The notes under the pieces are model-generated. The model was not told the origin of the DNA. It worked only from the letters and a program-made list of their open reading frames with translations, and made no database searches. Below are positions 59,997 to 64,000 of a stretch of DNA of 64,000 nucleotides, piece after piece (position 1 is the stretch's first letter; each line of letters starts with the position of its first letter). The position numbers and the translations under genes are program-made. The stretch is from contig CBFFRP010000297.1 in NCBI GenBank assembly GCA_965644295.1, forward strand, positions 248,001 through 312,000. Direction: 5' to 3'. The stretch is from Paraphysomonas bandaiensis. Lineage: Eukaryota > Protista > Chrysophyceae.

Positions 59997-60198
59997 TATA
60001 TTGATTTATCAGGAGAAGTAATATGTACAAGTTTGAATGTATCTAGGAGATAGGAGACTGGTTTCGTAGTTTTACACGTAACATAGATTTCTTTTGCAAC
60101 CAATGACACTCGACAAAATAATATATGTAACCATGATACGAGCACCCTTAATAAATATCAATATACACAAAGTTATTACAGTATACATACTACACTTA

Positions 60199-61362
60199 TT
60201 AGAAGTGTAAATCCTCTACATGAGAATAATTGGTCTCTTCATTGTTGTCGAATGTAGTGAATATACTCCTTGAAGGACGATCGTCAATATGCGGTGACGC
60301 CCTGTAAGTTACTGACTTATCAGAAGGAAATGATGAATACCTTTTCTTCCATGTTGACAGTTTTGATTGAAAAGATGACAAGTTAGTTAACGCAACCTTC
60401 GGCTTACCGTTTCCCTGCTCGCCAAGAGGAGATATCCCGGGCGGGTTAGTGAGACCCCGCCGTATTGAGGCATAAATAGCCTCAGGCGATTCGTATATAT
60501 CATGGCAAACACTCTTAATACGTGAAGAATGTTGTTCGTCTAATATATCAGTTTCACTGCTGGCCTTTTCCATTTCGTCAACATTTGACGGAGGGTCAGT
60601 TGAATCCATTGGGGGGAACGGTAATGGACTGCGTCTGTTAGCAAAATCAGTGCCCTTACGATCGCTCTTACTACTTCGTTTTGGGCTGGCAGTTGGAGTG
60701 TGTGGTGCGCTCGGAGGTGGATTAATATTTACTGTTTTTTTATCGCTTAACACTAATTCCTCGATATGCTTTTCCAGGTCGCGCAATCTGTTCGAAAGAC
60801 TCTCAATCTTGTCATCATTTTTAGATTTACCAGTAGGTGCTGAATGAGAAGTAGAGGTTGCAACATCAGGAGTGAACGTCGGGTGCTTTGGGGGGCGATT
60901 TCTATCTGGTGTGGAGAACTCACTCTTGACTTTTTGCTTGTACACTAGACCAGAACGATAAGCGGAGGGAGGCGTATGAGGAGCATCCCGAGTCTTAACT
61001 ACTCTAGCTGGCGACTGAAACATATTTTGCGCTACATCAGATATTTCATCTTCAGAAAAATTAGCATCAATTCGCCTTTTCTTTGGAGTCGTGTAGGTTC
61101 CTTTCTTCGATAGGCAAGATCTTGCTGGTTGAGCGCGTATATGGTGTTTTAATTTCAAAAAAGCTTGAGACAATTTTAATCGTCTAATTTCTATAGATTG
61201 TATTTTGAACATAAAAAATAATGACTTATTGATAGAATTGTTTGATAAGGAGTGTTTTTGTTTATCTCTTGTATAGACAGTTTGTTTCTTATCTCGTCCT
61301 GTACTTGCTCTCAAGTCATTGATATGGATCTCACCAAGAACTTTCCGATCAGGTAACATCAT
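60199..61362 (-). CDS. Hypothetical protein, mostly disordered with a short coiled coil
   Basis: 387-aa uninterrupted ORF with many SP/TP motifs and the heptads KIESLSNRLRDLEKHIEEL. Confidence 0.65.
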   Translation of the reverse strand: MMLPDRKVLGEIHINDLRASTGRDKKQTVYTRDKQKHSLSNNSINKSLFFMFKIQSIEIRRLKLSQAFLKLKHHIRAQPARSCLSKKGTYTTPKKRRIDANFSEDEISDVAQNMFQSPARVVKTRDAPHTPPSAYRSGLVYKQKVKSEFSTPDRNRPPKHPTFTPDVATSTSHSAPTGKSKNDDKIESLSNRLRDLEKHIEELVLSDKKTVNINPPPSAPHTPTASPKRSSKSDRKGTDFANRRSPLPFPPMDSTDPPSNVDEMEKASSETDILDEQHSSRIKSVCHDIYESPEAIYASIRRGLTNPPGISPLGEQGNGKPKVALTNLSSFQSKLSTWKKRYSSFPSDKSVTYRASPHIDDRPSRSIFTTFDNNEETNYSHVEDLHF

Positions 61363-61929
61363 AGATATGTTTTCAAGTTATATAGAAATAAGAGGAATGG
61401 GTGTGAATGGCTATGTCTAGTTCAATACTAATACTATGGGTTGCACAGTCATCATATGTATTGTATTGTATGGAATATGCACAACACTCCTTCTGATAGT
61501 ATTTTCAAAATGAAAAGATGACCGTTCAAACCCATATAATCTACACATCCGGATACGGAGAGTACAGCAGATATAGATATACAGTATGTATAGGTATACC
61601 ACTACCTACAGCAGCCCTATCCTCGTACCTGCCCTGCCATATCTATACCTATACCATATATAGGCCACTCGCAATATAACGCGGTTCCAATATCGGCTAC
61701 CACTCGATAAATCGCGATTTTCTTTCACAGTCCACATTATCTATACTATAAAACCCCGGGTTTTGTGGAATCGTAGTGGTATCTCCAGGATCTGTCACTC
61801 CTAGACTGGCTGTGTGTGATTATTACGAAGTACTCAATGTTAGCAATAGATGCTGAAATAAGAATTGAGTGCACAATGTAGCGTCGTGAGTCGGAAAGCA
61901 GGAAGTCACGATCCCTTAAAGAGCAATCA

Positions 61930-62240
61930 GAGCTATGAGAGAAATGGAAGGCCTCTAGTGGAAAGAATATTGGATTGTGGTGTTAAAATAATGGAACGAT
62001 CCGCTTTTAAAGCCTCACCAGGGTATGTTAAGAATACTCTCAGGGGAAACGGGTTAGTTGGTGTATGCTTATACAGCGGGATATGGGGATAATACAAGAC
62101 TCTGTAGCTTCTCTTTACAAGATCTAACCGAAGCAATTATGGTGAGATTATCTCATACCAACATGCATTGCAACCACTACTCTAGCACACGTTTTCGGAA
62201 AGGAGAAGTATGGGCCCATGTACAGTCTATGTTCCATGTG
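61930..62240 (+). pseudogene. Possible Ty3/Gypsy RT-connection/RNase H relic
   Basis: Weak frameshifted motifs (ERSAFKA..YVKNTLR; AYTAGYG; LTEA). Confidence 0.3.
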
Positions 62241-62242
62241 AC

Positions 62243-64000
62243 CAGGGATGCGTATCAATTAATTGACGCAGGTTGAAGTCAATTATAATTGCAATTATTA
62301 CTTTCTGTCACAATTTCAATTATTGCAATTATTTAGTACTAAACTACATTAGCTGCCAATATAGCAACACCACCTGTCATATCATTCCAGAGGCGACGGT
62401 TCATGCGTAAAAACCTAAGTAGCTTTAAATGTCGAGGAGTCATACTCTTTCGCATCTGTCATAGCAATCTTAGCTCTACTGAACAACACCTTTCAACCTT
62501 ATTGGTTGTGGAATGCAAGTGCTTCATCATGTTTGCTGGTTAAGTGTTGCTCGCTTCCCCTGTAATTGCACGAGCTTAGCATGTTCCATTTCACTGGTAT
62601 TAGACTTAACATGTCAGAACCAAACTCCCATGATTGCGAATGATTAGATAGAAGCATGTAACGGTAAATTAAATGTGGAGCCCCTTTTCCTACAGGACAC
62701 ACCCGGCACGTAAGATGATTTCTATGGTGATATGGTGATTTGGATGCCAGGGAGATTGATCCAATACCTGTTATCGAAGACGCCGGTGAGTTAGATGAGG
62801 ATGATTTCGAGGAACAGGTGGAGGGTATGATCAGAGAAGAGTCTGAGTCAGATCGAGGATCTCTAGAGCAGCTTATGAATATTGATAAGGCAGTGGGAGC
62901 AACATGTGGGTGTATAGCTTTTGCATTGTATGGGAATTGTTATCGAGGGAAAGAATATAAACATTTTCAAGGGCATAATGAGGCAGTTGCACGGGAAACT
63001 CGAAAATGGATGCAGAAGAAGTTGTCTCAGATGTCGGCGGATGAGTCCACGGGGCCACGTAAGATTTTGCCCTGGCCTGGGGGGCCATCTTGACAATTAT
63101 CAAAGGCTGATAGTACTCGGAGTTGTGACAAACAGTTTTACGAATTAAATGACTCTGATACTATCAGCCTTTTGTAATTGTCAGGATGGCCCCCCAGGCC
63201 TGGGCAAAATCTTGCGTGGCCCCGTGGACTCATCCGCCGACATCTGAGACAACTTCTTCTGCATCCACTTCCGAGTTTCTCGTGCAACTGCCTCATTATG
63301 CCCTTGAACATGTTTGCATTCTTTTCCTCTATAACAATTCCCATATAATGCAAAGGCTATACACCCACGTGTTGCTCCCACTGCCTTATCGATGTTCATA
63401 AGCTGCTCCACGGATCCTCGATCTGACTCAGACTCTTCTCTGATCATACCGTCCACCTGTCTCTCGAAATCATCCTCATCTGACTCACCGACTTCCTCGA
63501 TAACAGGTATAGAATCAATCTCCCTGGCATCCGAATCACCATAGAAATCATCCTCGACTCGATCCGCAAACTGAACGTTGTTTAGGAATTTCGGTTTCTC
63601 TTTCACTATGTAACCGCAGTCCCGGTTCTTCGAATTCCTCTGCACTTGCTTTCTACTAAAATCGGACCCTTCGTAAGGCACCAATCTAATATTCTTGGAC
63701 GCCTCATAATGCTTACTCGCCTTAGAAACGTACAAGTCTCATTGCTACCTCTTTGTTATTATCATTTATTTTCTCAAAGAACACTCGTGCAATGACTTTT
63801 GGTACCAGCTTATCGCTAATTAATTAAATGAATTATTATGTGAAATAATCCTATGGATATTATAATCATTCACCAATCTTCGATTTTTTATCGTAAAAAT
63901 TGTTTTTTTCAATAAAAATGCTGTTCTTTAATAACGTTTCAGTATAAAAAGGTGGTATTTTTTTACCACTTAATGGCTAGTAAATGGCAATTAATTGAAT
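62243..64000 (-). mobile_element. hAT relic (second end beyond the window) hosting the inverted gag pair
   Basis: CAGGGATGCGTATCAATT end. 62243-62545 is homologous to 29148-29450, including the dimerisation domain MTPRHLKLLRFLRMNRRLWND. 63875-63950 resembles 30388-30465. Confidence 0.75.
62714..63735. mobile_element. Tail-to-tail inverted pair of gag-like C-terminal fragments with a CCCH-like Zn finger
   Basis: 62714-63123 is the diverged reverse complement of 63151-63552. CIAFALYGNCYRGKECKHVQGH; both ORFs end GGPS-TGA-CAA-TTA. Confidence 0.7.

Overview
Eukaryotic nuclear DNA with short (about 45-65 nt) GT-AG introns. The gene content and TE types suggest a stramenopile, probably a chrysophyte/ochrophyte (inference). 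Host genes: a multi-exon EF-hand protein, a Slo/BK-type K+ channel, RNase Z, Sec61 gamma, a FANCJ-like helicase, a KOW/Zn-finger protein, the SNARE BET1, an intronless 3075-aa polycystin-1/REJ-like membrane protein, a proline-rich WH2 protein, cyclophilin PPIL3, a METTL24/FkbM-like methyltransferase, an MLO-like protein fused to four EF-hands, and a hypothetical protein. The intergenic DNA is full of nested mobile elements. A decayed Crypton-type tyrosine recombinase is split by a 3.65-kb element bounded by TG..CA direct repeats, with a perfect 5-bp TSD. That element has no gag/pol, PBS or PPT, but carries an intact small ORF resembling a mitochondrial membrane protein. Also present: a solo LTR with TSD, an unclassified 480-bp interspersed element, several hAT relics with CAGGG ends, a LINE fragment, a 5'-truncated Copia, and a tail-to-tail pair of gag-like fragments that both end in the TGA-CAA-TTA readthrough context. 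All coordinates and alignments were read by eye; no database searches were run.
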